Notes under the pieces: model-generated
What the model was told of the DNA's origin: nothing
The model's input: only the letters and a program-made list of their open reading frames with translations
Databases searched by the model: none
Part shown: positions 25,851 to 38,845 of the stretch, piece by piece
Layout: every line of letters begins with the position of its first letter
Numbering within the stretch: the first letter of the stretch is position 1
Origin: Octopus sinensis
Lineage: Eukaryota
Assembly (NCBI RefSeq): GCF_006345805.1
Contig: NC_043011.1
Coordinates: 55,812,464-55,876,463 of the forward strand
Length of the DNA stretch: 64,000 bases
Direction: 5' to 3'
Position numbers and translations under genes: made by a program

Positions 25851-26497
25851 ATATTTTACTAAATCCTTCCAAACTGTTGATTATTTTCAAAATTAATTAA
25901 TACACACAGGCTGTATATTTCATTAAAAATATGGTCTCAAAAGACTTGAAACAATTTTAGGAAAACAAAGCATTTTTTGCAACAATTAGCTGTAATAAAC
26001 TTAAGTATTCAACAGAAAGTGAAAAATGTTTTAATTCACGTAGCTGTTCTAAATATAAGTCACAATATTGTTCCTCTGAGGGTAAATCTTTATAAATTCA
26101 TCAACATTCTAATAATTAAATCATTAAGATTATTAATTAGAAATACTTGTAAGTCAGATATTACAATGAGCTTTAGTAAGTACTCCATACAAATTATCTT
26201 CACAAATTGCATTAATATTTACAAATTTTTAAAGGTAACTTTAAATTTTCAATCCATTCTAAAGAACTGATTTCCTACATGCCATCCAATCACTCCATTT
26301 TCCTTCAATCTATATGATGATGATGATGATCATCATCATCATCATCACCCTAACATTTTCTCCCATAATTATCATTTTATTTCAAGAATATTAAGCTTAA
26401 TATATCTGACTCCTTCAATATACCATACATACACCCATTTTTCCTTCTAGCTATAGACATTCTAACCTCATAAGGTTTCAACAATCACTCATCATCA

Positions 26498-26499
<2 letters not shown>

Positions 26500-26574
<75 letters not shown>
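26500..26574. repeat. (ATT)n microsatellite
   Basis: Read directly from the sequence. Confidence 0.95.
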
Positions 26575-26576
<2 letters not shown>

Positions 26577-26577
26577 A

Positions 26578-26807
26578 GGTGGTGAGCTTACAGAATCGTT
26601 AGCACGCTGTGCAAAATGCTTAGCAGTATTATGTCTGTCGCTACATTCTGAGTTCAAATTCCACTGAGGTCAACTTTGCCTTTTGTCTTTTCAGGGTTGA
26701 TAAACTAAATACAAGTGAAATACTGGGGTTGATGTAATCAACTAGTCCCCACCCCAAAAATTTCAGGCCTTGTCCCTTTAGTAGAAAAGATTATTATTGT
26801 TATTATT
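26578..26807 (+). mobile_element. SINE family A2 (A-type head, alternative tail), full length
   Basis: ggtggtgagcttacagaatcgttagc...gagttcaaattcc...aatttcaggccttgtccctttagtagaaaagattattatt. Confidence 0.88.
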
Positions 26808-26957
26808 GATATGTTTTGGATAAACATCATTTGGTTTAAATTTTTCAAATGAAGAGTTTACTAGGTTGAAGAACAGTTTAGGATTGCAGAGAAAAGCAAA
26901 AAAAAAAAAAAAAAAGGGAAAAAACCAATGATTACATTTGGAAAATTCAGACATGAC

Positions 26958-27096
26958 TCTCAACCATATGGTTCTGGGTTCTATCCCACTGTGCAGCACA
27001 TTAAGCAAGTGTCTTTTACAATAGCCTTGGGTTGATCAAAGCTTTGTGAGTGGATTTGGTAGAAGGAAACTGAAAGAAGCCCATCATGCATATATA
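26958..27096 (+). mobile_element. SINE family C, 5' part
   Basis: Matches the head of the 32501 copy (caaccatatggttctgggttc...gtggatttggtagaaggaaactgaaagaagccc). Confidence 0.8.
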
Positions 27097-27199
27097 AAAA
27101 AACTGATGAAAGGAATGGAAGATAGATTTAGCATCAGTCTTTATTCAGTATGATGATTGTTTCAACTCATCCTGAAACTGTCCCTTAAGGGTAGGATAT

Positions 27200-27599
27200 T
27201 CTTTTCTCCACTAGGCACAAGGTCCAAAATTTCTTGTGGAAGTGGGGACAGTCAATTAGATTGACCCCATTAAGCAACTGGTACTTAATTTATCGACCCC
27301 GAAAGGATGAAAGGCAAAGTTGATCTCAGCGGAATTTGAACTCAGAATGTAAAGACAGATGAAATACCTATTTCTTTACTACCCACAAGGGGCTAAACAC
27401 AGAGAGGACAAACAAGGACAGACAAACGGATTAAGTCGATTATATCAACCCCAGTGCGTAACTGGTACTTATTTAATTGACCCTGAAAAGATGATAGGCA
27501 AAGTCGACCTCAGCGGAATTTGAACTCAGAACGTAGCGGCAGGCGAAATACCGTTAAGCATTTCACCCAGCATGCTAACATTTCTGCCAGTTCACCACC
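27200..27599 (-). mobile_element. dimeric SINE (complete A unit plus head-less A2 unit) with a 15-bp TSD
   Basis: The two units join at gaaata/ggtatttc. ttaagggtaggatat is duplicated at 27185-27199 and 27600-27614. Confidence 0.88.
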
Positions 27600-27603
27600 T
27601 TAA

Positions 27604-27783
27604 GGGTAGGATATCGTGCATCTGTGTTGCATCAATCTGTGCAGTTTGTATCACATCAGGTTCATGCAAAAAGAAGGGGATGTCATGCTAGATATACTGA
27701 GTTGTCCTTGGAATGTTGTATTTTGGTTACAACTGGCTAACAATTGCACAACGCAACGCAATTAGATGCACAATATCCTACCC
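27604..27783. mobile_element. PIF/Harbinger-like MITE (180 bp)
   Basis: TIRs gggtaggatatcgtgcatct / agatgcacaatatcctaccc (19/20 match), GGG ends, left flank TAA. Confidence 0.7.
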
Positions 27784-28039
27784 ATAATGGACAGTTGCAG
27801 AATAGGTCAAAATGGTCGTCGTACTGAACAAAGACTCGTGCTAAATCTATCTTCTGTTTCCTTCATCAATTATTTTCTCAACTAACACTGTGAAATCCCT
27901 GACGTAGATCCAAAGGAACTATATCACAACCATAGATGACACCAGGCAGCCCAAACTGTGGATGTGCTTTACTCAACACACTAATTGACATATACTCGTT
28001 AGTCCAAAAAATTATGTATGTATGTCTGTTTAAATTAAT

Positions 28040-28257
28040 GTGTGTGTGCGTGTTTGTATTTATCCCCCACTACTGTTTGACAGCTAGTGTTGGTTTGTTT
28101 AAGCCCTCCTAACTTAGCAGTTTGGCAAAAGAGACCGATAGAATAAGTACCAGACTTAAAGAAAAAATGAATGCTGGGGCTGATTTGTTTGACCGAACTC
28201 TTTAAGGTGGTGCCCCAGCATGGCCACAACCCAATAATTGAAACAAGTAAAAGATAA
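28040..28257 (+). mobile_element. SINE family C, 3' half
   Basis: aacttagcagtttggcaaaagagaccgatagaataagtac...ccagcatggcc...gaaacaagtaaaaga matches 32700-32893. Confidence 0.8.
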
Positions 28258-30647
28258 CTATCCAAACTGTGGGCAATTTTAGTAACTAATTACAAGGAAT
28301 ATTTGTTTGAAGGAGCTGATTGAATTTTATGAAGCATAAAAGAGCTTAAAACTTAGAGAAAGGTTAAAATTTGAATTAGGAAAACAAAAGAAAGAAAAAA
28401 AGAGTAGATGAAGAGAAGACGGTTTAAGAAGAAGCTATTGGTTGTGTGTTACTGGTAACTCGTTAATACTTCTAAAAAGGAGTGTGCAGAATTCCAATAC
28501 TTTACACATTTTGCTATGAATGACTGCTCAGAAATATGCAGTATTATTCTGGCAAGCTGACAAATAACTTGTACATTAGGTGGCTCTGACAATAGATCAT
28601 GTATGGGATGGACATGGGATGTGAAAAGAGAAGCCATATAAATGAAATAGTAAATTACCTGCAAGCTATAACCAACCAAGAGATGAAACAAGAGCAGCAG
28701 AATCCATTATTGTTACAAGTAATTCAGAAATGCTGACAGCTACTTACAAGAAAGAATTTATCACTAGGTGTGGGTGTGGGTGTTTTTTTCTTTTTCTTTT
28801 TCTACTGTCTTACTTCTATTTTTCTAAGGGTTAAGATCACTTCTGCAAAGACAGACATTTATATATAGTGTGCGAACAAGTATTTGTTATAGACCGGATG
28901 ACTTTCTTACTGCTGCTAATCCACTCAACCGTGGAATGAAAGTGACACTTTCAGTTTGGCTGAGACAAGGAGGGTAATGTGCCTTCTTCAGAGATCAGTG
29001 TGTTAATCTCATTGCCACTGAACTTGGTGGTAGTGGTGGTGGTGGGTGAAACGTGTAGAACAGAAAACCAAAATGACACGACAATAATAATAATAATAAT
29101 AATAATAATACAAGTGAATATGCAAATGTCAAAGAGAAACAGGTATTAAAAAATGAAACTTGATATATATTATACTGGAATCATAAATGTAGGATAAAAT
29201 TTCAAAACAAAATTTTAAAAGCGACTGTTTTTATAGAAGCTGCAATAACATTTGTAGTTGAATGAATGCACAGTGGCAATTTACATGTACAAGATGTTTT
29301 TAACGACTAGCTTTCAACAATCTGCAATGACAATGAAATCCACCCACTCAATCTATAAATCACAAGATGTTTTCTTGTCTAAACAAGTACTGTTAGTGAT
29401 ATAGTCTGACAACAAGTCGTAGCATAATTTACAATAGAGCTAAGGGAAGTAACTCAATTAGACTAATGACAGAATGTAGTTACGTAATACCTAAGGCTAT
29501 ACACAAAAAGTTCTCGACTAAAATTTCCCATAGCATAAATTTCAATTAAGACATCATAGTAGTTGGAAGAATTAATATCTTAGCAGTATTCTAAACATTA
29601 CAAACAAAAGGCAGATTGCATTGAGTACATGATTTGGTGATACAGCTGTGGTTTCATGTTCTGTCTGGCTGAAATTGCTTTCTAAATAAGTGGTTGCAAC
29701 AGCTGAAAGAAGAAAAGGAAGCTGCCAAAGTTTGGTTTCATTTCAAGACATATCACATAATGACTGTCCTTAGAAACATACTTCAGTTTCCAATACAACT
29801 TCTAATCTACATGCAATGAATGCACCAGTGACCTGTCTTATAATAGTAGGGTCCTCTTAACCTGGAGTAAGTGTAATAAGCTTCAAAACGTCTGGCAATC
29901 AAATATTTCAAAACCAACAAAAATGTCCTTCTTTAAGACATGCATAGAGAACGTTCTTCTCTCTGGAATCACAACCTGGATTACGAACCAGAAAAAGCTT
30001 GTTCAAGACTGCTCTGATGATACAGACACCAAAAACCTTTCATGAGGGCTCAAAATATCTTGTGGCATGAGAACAAGACCAAAGAAAAGATTTATTAACA
30101 TATTCTACCCATCCCTATTGTTATTGCTTACAGTAGGTTAGGCTTTACTGGCCACAACTATTGTGCTGAACATAAGATGTTATATTTTAGAGACTTAGCA
30201 CTCAACTAAACGGTTGTTACTGGCAGAGAGAGACCCAATATGAAAGTGAAGATGAAGCAAAACAAAGAGGGGACTGAGATACTTGAAGCAGTAATGTGAA
30301 ATGTAAGAAGAATAAACGTTGAAGAGATGCAGAGATTCATTGGTGATCAGAGAAGTTTAATGACAACTGAAGCAAAAGAAGCAATACACAGAAGGAATAG
30401 GTGGAGTTATTATTTACATGTATGAAATAAACAATTTGTTTACGGGTTTGGAATCATTTCAAACTTGAACGCATCTGACAACATAATAAATAGTGAACAA
30501 GATAAAGTAACAGAATTACTAACTAAAACTAACCAGCATAAAAAAAAAAAACAGCATGAAGAGAAGAACAAACTTATGTATAAACTTTTGATGGTCCAAC
30601 TGTTGGCTATTTTTATTGGGCCTTTTTCTGCCTTCTACTTAGACTAT

Positions 30648-30900
30648 TCTTTTTATTGGTTTCAGTCACTGGACTGTAGCCATACTGGAGCATCACCTTC
30701 AAGGTTTTTCATCGACTGTATCAACTCTGATACTTATTTCAGTCTCAACTTAATTTTTATTTGAAATTCACAGAGGAATACAACATAACCCCCACCACAC
30801 AAACACACACAGATAGGGTTAGCTTTTGTACAGTTTCTTTCTACCAAATTCTGCTCATAGAATATTGGCCAACTTGAAGCTAGAATGGAAATTACTTGCT
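30648..30900 (-). mobile_element. old SINE family C copy
   Basis: cttttattggtttcagtcactggactgtagccatactggagcatcacctt is a diverged reverse complement of the C tail. Confidence 0.6.
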
Positions 30901-32023
30901 CAAGGTTGTTATTCAATCCCACAAGCATGGCTGCAAAGAAAATATCTTTGTGACACAGTTTTGTTTTGAGCCTGCGATTATCTAAAAGAAAACAGAAATT
31001 TCCTTTCAGAAATTTACACTTTGTCAATACATTTTAAACTTATCAATTAAAATAAACAGACATTTGAAAGTTGATAAATACCTTTTGAAATAAAAAGTAT
31101 CCTCTATAGATGATTAAATCGTGCTGCAAACTAAATCAACAAGCTGTCATATTGAATGTTTCAGTAAAATATACCTCGGCTCCTATAGATTTATGTGTGA
31201 GCACAAAGACACAATCAATCTTTGTGCAATAAAACGTGTCATTTACTTATTGATCTCTCCCATGGTATAAGTAGACACAGCATACATAAATTATGAAACA
31301 GAGTGACAGTTACATTTGCAGATTATATAAAAGATTTCAAGTTAACAATTGTTATAAGAAGCTTTGGAAGCTCAAGGACAGGTATTGTATAAACAATTGG
31401 CTAGTTAAGATATATGAAAAGTCTTCATGGTGACAGAAAAATAAGGGACGGGGCAGGGCAAACAGCAGGACCTGTTTCAGTGTGAAACAAAATCAATATA
31501 TTTTCATAAATAGAATGCATCACCAGACCAGAAAGTGCATATACAGGCAAAACAAAAGGTCAAATAAAGATCAAGCAACTTGGAGGGGGTGGGTGGGGTG
31601 GGGTGGGGGTGGAAGAAGCTCAAAAATAAAATCCTTATTGAATCGATTCCTAAATTGTTAATTAGCTTAGAATTAATTGTATCAAAACTTGCTTTTTTTT
31701 TTATTTTTATGCAGAATCTTAAATGAGACAAATCTAGTGATGAGGAAGACTAACAGTGGTGAAGATGGGGGTTAATAAAGGAAATAGACATGGAAGAAGG
31801 GCTAGACAAGTATTTATAGAGAAGGAAGCCAACCTGGACAGTAGAGACGTAACTAGAGGCCCGTCGACAGAATTCAATAAGAATTAAACAGAAACATTCA
31901 ATGTTTGCTGAAGAAGAATGGGTTAGAAAAGAATATAATCTAACATATGCTTTTATCTAGCAGTAATGTTTGGAAACAAACTAATTAGCCAACTTTATTC
32001 AAATTAGAAATGTATTTCTAATT

Positions 32024-32286
32024 TGCAGCGTGGAAGGTGTTTATAAGCCATTCAAGAAACACACAAAAACCGTTAGATTCACTTCAACATTTAAATTTAG
32101 TTTGTCAAAATATTTTCGTTGCTTTGAGACTGCGACCTGTTCACTGACAAAACTTTGTGCAGCATCAGTGAACAGGTCGCGGTCTCAAAGCAACGAAAAT
32201 ATTTTGGAAAATTAAATTTAAATGTTGAAGTGAATTTAACGGTTTTTGTGTTTCTTAAATGGCTTATAAACACCTTCCACGCTGCA
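32024..32286. mobile_element. foldback MITE (263 bp) with ~120-bp inverted arms and a 3-bp TSD
   Basis: tgcagcgtggaaggtgtttataagccatt...aatggcttataaacaccttccacgctgca. Arms pair almost to the centre; ATT lies on both flanks. Confidence 0.9.
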
Positions 32287-32500
32287 ATTGTTTTTGTTCC
32301 AGCACACGATCTCAGATCAAGTCACTCGCTATGCAAGTACATCTCCGTATTGCTAATTTATTTTCTTCATAAAAAAAAAAGCTGTTGATAAATTGGTCAG
32401 CTATTTAGAACGATTTCTTACAATCATTTTCTCAGTATTTTTAATGTTTTAACTTACAATCAACTTGTTAACTGAAACTACTTGAAAACTATATATAGAT

Positions 32501-32893
32501 GTAGAAGTGGCTGTGTGGTAAGTAGCTTGCTTACCAACCACATGGTTCAGGGTTCAGTCCCACTACATGGCACCTTCGGCAAGTGTCTTCTACTATAGCT
32601 TCGGGCCGACCAAAGTCTTGTGAGTGGATTTGGTAGACAGAAACTGAAAGAAGCCCATCGTATATATATATATGTATATATATGTATGTGTGTGTATATG
32701 TTTGTTCCCCCAACATCGCTTGACAACCGATGCTGGTGTGTTTACATCCCCATAACTTAGCAGTTCAGCAAAAGAGACTGATAGAATAAGTACTAGGCTT
32801 ACAAAGAATAAGTCCTGGGGTCAATAATTTGTTCAACTAAAGGCAGTGCTCCAGCATGGCTGCAGTCAAATGACTGAAACAAGTAAAAGAGTA
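32501..32893 (+). mobile_element. tRNA-derived SINE family C, full length with internal (TA/TG)n
   Basis: Head gtggctgtgtggtaagtagcttgc...ggttcagtcccact; tail gactgaaacaagtaaaagagta. Confidence 0.9.
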
Positions 32894-33179
32894 TGTGTGT
32901 GTGTGTGTGTGTGTGTATGAAAGGGAGAGAGAGGGAACACAGAAAATGTAGTCGATGTTAATGCTTTATGTAATGATCCCATGTCCCATGAGATTAGTAG
33001 ACATCAATCGATGGCAGATCTTTTGTGCTCTTTATGTTTAAGACTCAACCTGATGAAATGCACAAGGGCACTTAATGCATCTATATTTATTATTAACATG
33101 CATGTTCATGAAATCTATTTCACATGTCGTACTGAAACAATTGTAATTACAGAATTAAAAATAACACCAGAAATTCCAG

Positions 33180-33222
<43 letters not shown>

Positions 33223-33601
33223 CACTTATGAATTGGACTGATTGAATTCTGCATAATTACTGACAACTCTCTCGCAAACATTACCAAAGGTCTGTGATGG
33301 GAATTAACCATTCATAAGATTTTGCACTCTAATAAATCGAAAGCCAATGAAGAAAGACACCGAAATTTGCCCTAAAATTCTAAAGAAGGAATTAAATGTA
33401 TACAAATAACAAATGAGAACGCTTTAAACAATATTATGGTAAAGCAAAAAAAAGAAAAAAAAATCTTGCTGAAGAGCCGATAGATACAAATTCAATTATC
33501 ATCATGGCTGTTTTTAATTACTGTCTAGGTTGACTAGAAAGAATCTCTCCAGGATTGTCCATGTTTTATCTAATCATTGCCTACATCTTCCACCTATTTA
33601 A

Positions 33602-33604
<3 letters not shown>

Positions 33605-33664
<60 letters not shown>
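33605..33664. repeat. (AG)n microsatellite
   Basis: Read directly from the sequence. Confidence 0.95.
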
Positions 33665-33667
<3 letters not shown>

Positions 33668-34480
33668 GGCCTCTTTCATTCAATACAAAAAATATACCCC
33701 TTTAGCTTTGCACATCTGTAACAGTTTAAATAAATTCCCAGTCGACATTTATTAATGCTTTATTCCCTACCCAGCCCACCCCTATTGAACTTGGCCTTTC
33801 TTCTAAACTAACTCAATAACATCCATTCCACTATAATTCTCTTGTACTTTCACTTTCAATCTGCTAAATAAGGAACTGATAGACAACATTCCACATCTAC
33901 TGTTCTTATAAAAAAAACAAAAAACAAACAAAAGTCTTTATTCTCATCATATCTTCCTTTGCCATCTTAGCCCAGACACTGCAAGTAGTTCCAGTCATAA
34001 ATATGTCACCAGAATGGAACTTCTGTATCCCTTCCAGTTGACCTATACAACTAGTCCATGACTGAGTGAATTTGTTGAATAATACAAAAAAAAAAAAAAA
34101 GAGAATACAAAATAAATACAAAAAAACCAATTTTATTTCTAATTCTGTGACCCTAGAATAATATATCACTAGAATATATCTGATATTTTGTCTATTGTAA
34201 GAAACTATTTGATTTCTAAAGCAGACTTCTTCCAACTGGAATAGGGTAGTCTGAAGCCCAATGCGTACCAGGACGAAATCTTAAGTCATTTAGGACTTTG
34301 GCTCTTGCTCACTTTGGCTCATCTAAAAAAAAGAAACAAAAGGTCAAAAATAAAAAGTAAAATTGATCAGACAGCACACCTTTTGATAAACAGCTTTGTA
34401 TGTGGGTGTATGGATGTGTGTGTGTGTGTGTGTATGTCTACATACATACATATAGATATGTACATACATTTGTATATTCA

Positions 34481-34525
<45 letters not shown>

Positions 34526-34526
34526 T

Positions 34527-34700
34527 ATCATCATCATCATTTAACATCTGGCTTTCCATGCTGGCATGGGTTGGACAGTTCAATAGGACCTGAGAAGATG
34601 GAGGGCTGTGTCATGGTACAATGCGGCAGGATTTCTATGGTCGGATGCCCTTCCTAATGCCAGCCATATTACACACTGTACTATGTTTTATGTCACTGGC
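34527..34700 (-). mobile_element. old family-B RTE 3'-UTR copy
   Basis: catcatcatcatttaacatctggctttccatgctggcatgggttggac...ggatgcccttcctaatgcca. Confidence 0.8.
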
Positions 34701-35096
34701 TTTATGAGGTTGCCTTACAACTTGCAAAATTAAGGGCCAAAAGTGACCCTATAACTGAAGGAGAATAGGAGAGCCGATATGATGGCAGAAGGGAAAGTAT
34801 GATGAAAGGAACAGATTTATAACTGTGAAGAGGTGGTCATGGATAGAATGACAGACTAGACACTCCTGGAGAAGAGAGTATGGAAAGGGAAGAGATTAGT
34901 GTCAGGAGTTAGTGAGAAAGAGAGTGACAAGATGGGTGAGAGTGTTGAGGTGGGCTGCTTGAGTGGGGGTCGAGGGCTCTCCCACATTATAAGTGCAAGA
35001 GTGGGAAGATGTGAGAGGAAGGGAACACAGGAGAAATAAATGAAGGAGGTGGGGGATCCAGAGAGAGTCAATGAGAGGTTTGTTTGTTTGTTTGTT

Positions 35097-35429
35097 GTGG
35101 GAGAATTCCGAAACGTGGTCTTTTGCTATTTGTAAGACCCGCAGAAGAGAAAGCAGGTCAACCCCCGACACAGAGAGCATCACTGGATGGATGAATGTGC
35201 ATCTAGGCTCAGCGGTTGCGTAGGAAGTCGGGGACAAGAAACAGGAAGAAAGAGTGAGAGAAAGTTGGGGCGAAAGAGTACAACAGGGGCTGCCACCACC
35301 CCAGCCGGAGCCTCGTGGAGCTTTAGGTGTTTTCGCTCAATAAACACACACAACACCCGGTCCGGGAATTGAAACCGCGATCCTCCGACCGCAAGTCCGC
35401 TGCCCTAACCATTGGGCCATTGCACCTCC
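35097..35429 (-). mobile_element. tRNA-derived SINE family D
   Basis: Reverse complement of the 38463 copy; head ggaggtgcaatggcccaatggttagggcagcggac...ggtttcaattccc. Confidence 0.9.
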
Positions 35430-35895
35430 ACTTCAATGAAAGGTGTTGGGGAGGCCAGAGAAGAGAGAGAGAGAGAGAAATGGCTGACAGCGAGGGAGCA
35501 TTACAAATGATGGGTTGAGAAATATTATAGACAGAGTGATGAGAATGAACTAATAATGTCATTGGTACACAGAACCTAGTGGTGAAGGATAGGAAAAGAG
35601 TGGAGTGTGGAGATGCAGAGCAGCCATTCATAGTCTGTGAGCTTTGTAAGTGTTAGGATGATAAGAGATGGAGGGGATGCAGGTAACAGAGAGATGAACC
35701 GAATCAGGAGATGAGCGAAAGAGAGCAAAAGGTGTCCAACAGGTAGATAAAAGAAGGGTCGGGGGGGGGGAAGGAAGGATGGCATCAAATAAAGGTTTGA
35801 CAGGTACACACACACACATGGCAAAAAGGGATGTTGACTGATGACAATGACACATATATACACATGCATGCACACACACACACACACACACATCC

Positions 35896-37493
35896 ATAGA
35901 GGTAGGAAACAAAATAATGGAAACACCAATTTTTGTTAAAGTACTAGTTTCTATATAGTTTCTTGTGCTTTATGTATACCTTTCACTTCTTGATATAGCT
36001 AGACTTTTTTTTTTGTCAGTAATTTATATTTGAATAAGTTAAAATGGATGACTAATCTTATTCCCAAAGGCAACAAATTGTTGTAAAGCATCAGTCATCA
36101 TTAAAACTTCTGAATTGCCCAATGTTTTGAGAGGTACAGTCTCCAAAGTAAAACCAGCTCTGGCAAGCATTATTCTGAATGGGGGGGGGAAGAGAGAGAG
36201 AGAGAGAGATTGCAATCCATTGAATTATGGCAGGAAAAGAGAGGGAGCAGCAGAGCTAATCCACCATCTTGCCAAGCCTGTATGTCATCAGCTCTCCATG
36301 AAGCTGGACACTGTAATGGGAGGACTGTGATTGCTAAACCCCTCCAGTTACCCATCAACATTGAGAAGCAGAAAAAAATTATGTCTAGACCAATGCTCCA
36401 CAACCAGTATGCCATGGCACACTGCAGTGGAACCTGGATATAATTTTTTGCCCCTATATTTTTAGTTCTGCTGTGCCACTGAATTTTGAAAAGAATATGT
36501 GTACTGCAAGTGAAAAAAGGTTTTGGAGCACTCGTCTAGACTATCAGAAGTGGTCAATGACTCAATGCAACAATGTCATCTTCTTTGAAAAAATCCTCAT
36601 TCACCCCTTTTCCCAAACCTCAGGGTGAGTTTATGTCAAAAGACAGCCCCCAAAAGATTTCAACCCTGATTGTTTGGTGCCTACTGTAAAGCATGGAGAC
36701 AACTTTGTAATGATTTGGGCAGCCATATCATGGAATCTCTGGGGCCTTTAGTAGTTCTGCAGAGAAGAGTTAATGCCAAGGATTATCTGAGTGTTTTGAT
36801 TGACCTTTCAGGACAATAATCTACAGATTCACACAGCAAATCATCATCATCATCATCGTTTAACACCCATTTTCCGTGCTAGCATGGGTTGGATGGTTCG
36901 ACCGGGGTCTGGGAAGCCAGGAGGCTGCACCAGGCTCCAGTCTGATCTGGCAGTGTTTCTACAGCTGGATGCCCTTCCTAACGCCAACCACTCCGTGAGT
37001 ACAGTGGGTGCTTTTTACATGCCACTGGCACAGGTGCCAGGGGAGGCTGGCAACGGCCACGATCAGTTGGTGCTTTTTACCTGCCACCAGCACGGAAGCC
37101 AGTCAAGGTGGTGCTAGCATCGACCACGTACGGATGGTGCTTTTTACGTGCCACCGGCACAGGTACTAGGGGAGGCTGGCAACAGCCAAATGTTATTCAA
37201 AATTGGTACAAAGACCAAAAGAAAAGCAGCCCATTTGGATTGGTCCTCAACAATCACCAGAGTATTTCAAAGCAGCAAGTGAGAACGTGCTTCCCTCTGC
37301 CATCGTTGCCGAAAGAACCAAAACAGACTTTACTTGAAGAATGGCTCAAAATTCCTCAAACAACTGTTCAGAACTTGTACAAGTCAATTCCTTCAAGTAT
37401 TAAAGCTGTGATTGATGTCAAAGGTGAATCAACACCTGTATTAAATAATAAAACTTCCATTAAAGTATTTCCATTGTTTTGTCCATCTCTTTA
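35896..37493 (+). mobile_element. full-length decayed Tc1-family DNA transposon
   Basis: TIR-like acaaaataatggaaacac (left) vs gtatttccattgttttgt (right, 16/18). Transposase remnants: SQRQQIVV, KTSELPNVLRGTVSKV, LHEAGHCNGRTVIAKPL, FNPDCLVPTVKHG...VMIWAAISW, FQDNNLQIHTAN|VIQNWY, LLEEWLKIPQTTVQNLYKSIPSSIKAVIDVKG. Confidence 0.92.
36842..37186 (-). mobile_element. family-B RTE 3'-UTR copy inserted in the Tc1 transposase
   Basis: Splits the HTAN|VIQNW codons; flanked by acagcaaat / acagccaaat (imperfect TSD). Confidence 0.92.
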
Positions 37494-37543
37494 TGTGTGT
37501 GCATGTGTGTGTGTGCATGTGTGTGTGTGCGTGTGTGTGTGTG

Positions 37544-37576
<33 letters not shown>

Positions 37577-37643
37577 TATCGCTCACATGGGTAAACATAG
37601 CACTGCTCAGTTCACACTTGTTTGAAGTTTGTTATTGTATGTA

Positions 37644-37700
<57 letters not shown>

Positions 37701-38462
37701 TTATAACAAGAGCAAGTGAGTAAGTACACAGGCTTAACCTATGAATACATAGTATCCGTGAGTAGATAGGTAACTATGAAATAGAATCCATGGCAGCGTT
37801 TCATGTAAGTACCCAAGTGGATATTAGCACTCATCAATAGCTGTGAAGTAGAGGTAGAAATAAAAAGAGCAAAGTGGTGACCAAATGCCAAGCCACTATT
37901 TCCAGTTCTATTCCTGTCTCTACTTCAGAGCCATTGATGAAGGCTAGTATCCACTTGGAGACTTGCATCAAAGAATAGTGTTGATTCTATTATATTATCA
38001 GTAGCTGTGAGTGTACATACATACATACATACACTCATCCACCTACACACACACAGGTGGGTGTATTCAGTTCACTATATTTACAAATAGCTTTTCTGTA
38101 ATAAAACAGTTGTAAACATCTACATCTATATATCATAGGGAAAAGAAAAATGTTTTACTCTAGGATTGCTTTTCAATATACTAATAATATAGTTGGAATA
38201 ATGTGTGTGTGTGTGTGTATATGTGTGTGTGTGCGTGCATGTGTGTGTGTGTACATACATACATACGTGCATACGTACATATGTGTACACACACACATTT
38301 TAGATATTTGCATTTGAAAAAATATTTTGCTAATGCAAAGAGGACATTAAACTATAATTAACAATTTCAATTATTTTTCCGGAACAATGCTTTTTCTCTG
38401 GTCAACTGTTAAGGAGCAATGGTTATGTTGAATAGCTCAAGCAACAAAGCAGCAACAACAGC

Positions 38463-38845
38463 GAAGGCGCAATGGCCCAATGGTTAGGGCAGCAGACTCG
38501 CGGTCAGAGGATCGCGATTTCGATTCCCAGACCGGGCGTTGTGTGTGTTTATTGAGTGAAAATACCTAAAGCTCTACGAGGCTCTGACAGGGGGCGGTGG
38601 CGACCCCTGTTGCACTCTTTTGCCCCAACTTTCTCTCACTCTTTCTTCCTGTTTCTTGTCCCTGACTTCCTACGCAACCGCTGAGCCTGGATGCGCATTC
38701 ATCCATCCATCAATGCTCTCGGTGTCGGGGGTTGACCTGCTTTCTCTTCTGCGGGTCTTGCGAGTAGCAAAGGACCACGTTTCGGACTTCTCCCACTACA
38801 GAGACACAATCTTGCGAGCTCTGGGACGAAGACGCTTCACTCAAC
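38463..38845 (+). mobile_element. tRNA-derived SINE family D, full length
   Basis: A-box tggcccaatgg, B-box-like gatttcgattccc; agcagcaacaacag repeated at 38448-38461 and 38846-38859. Confidence 0.9.

Noticed and set aside
37108-37719. 203-aa plus-strand ORF
   Set aside because: A chimera of RTE UTR, the Tc1 C-terminus and (GT)n/(AT)n microsatellites.
38463-38540. tRNA-like sequences (also at 32505, 35350, 46728, 61680)
   Set aside because: A and B boxes are present but there is no complete cloverleaf, and each continues into a SINE body; these are SINE heads, not tRNA genes.
38770-38815. ccGAAACgtggtc motif in SINE D (minus strand here; also 35109) as a possible hammerhead
   Set aside because: No CUGANGA core at the right spacing and no stem I pairing.
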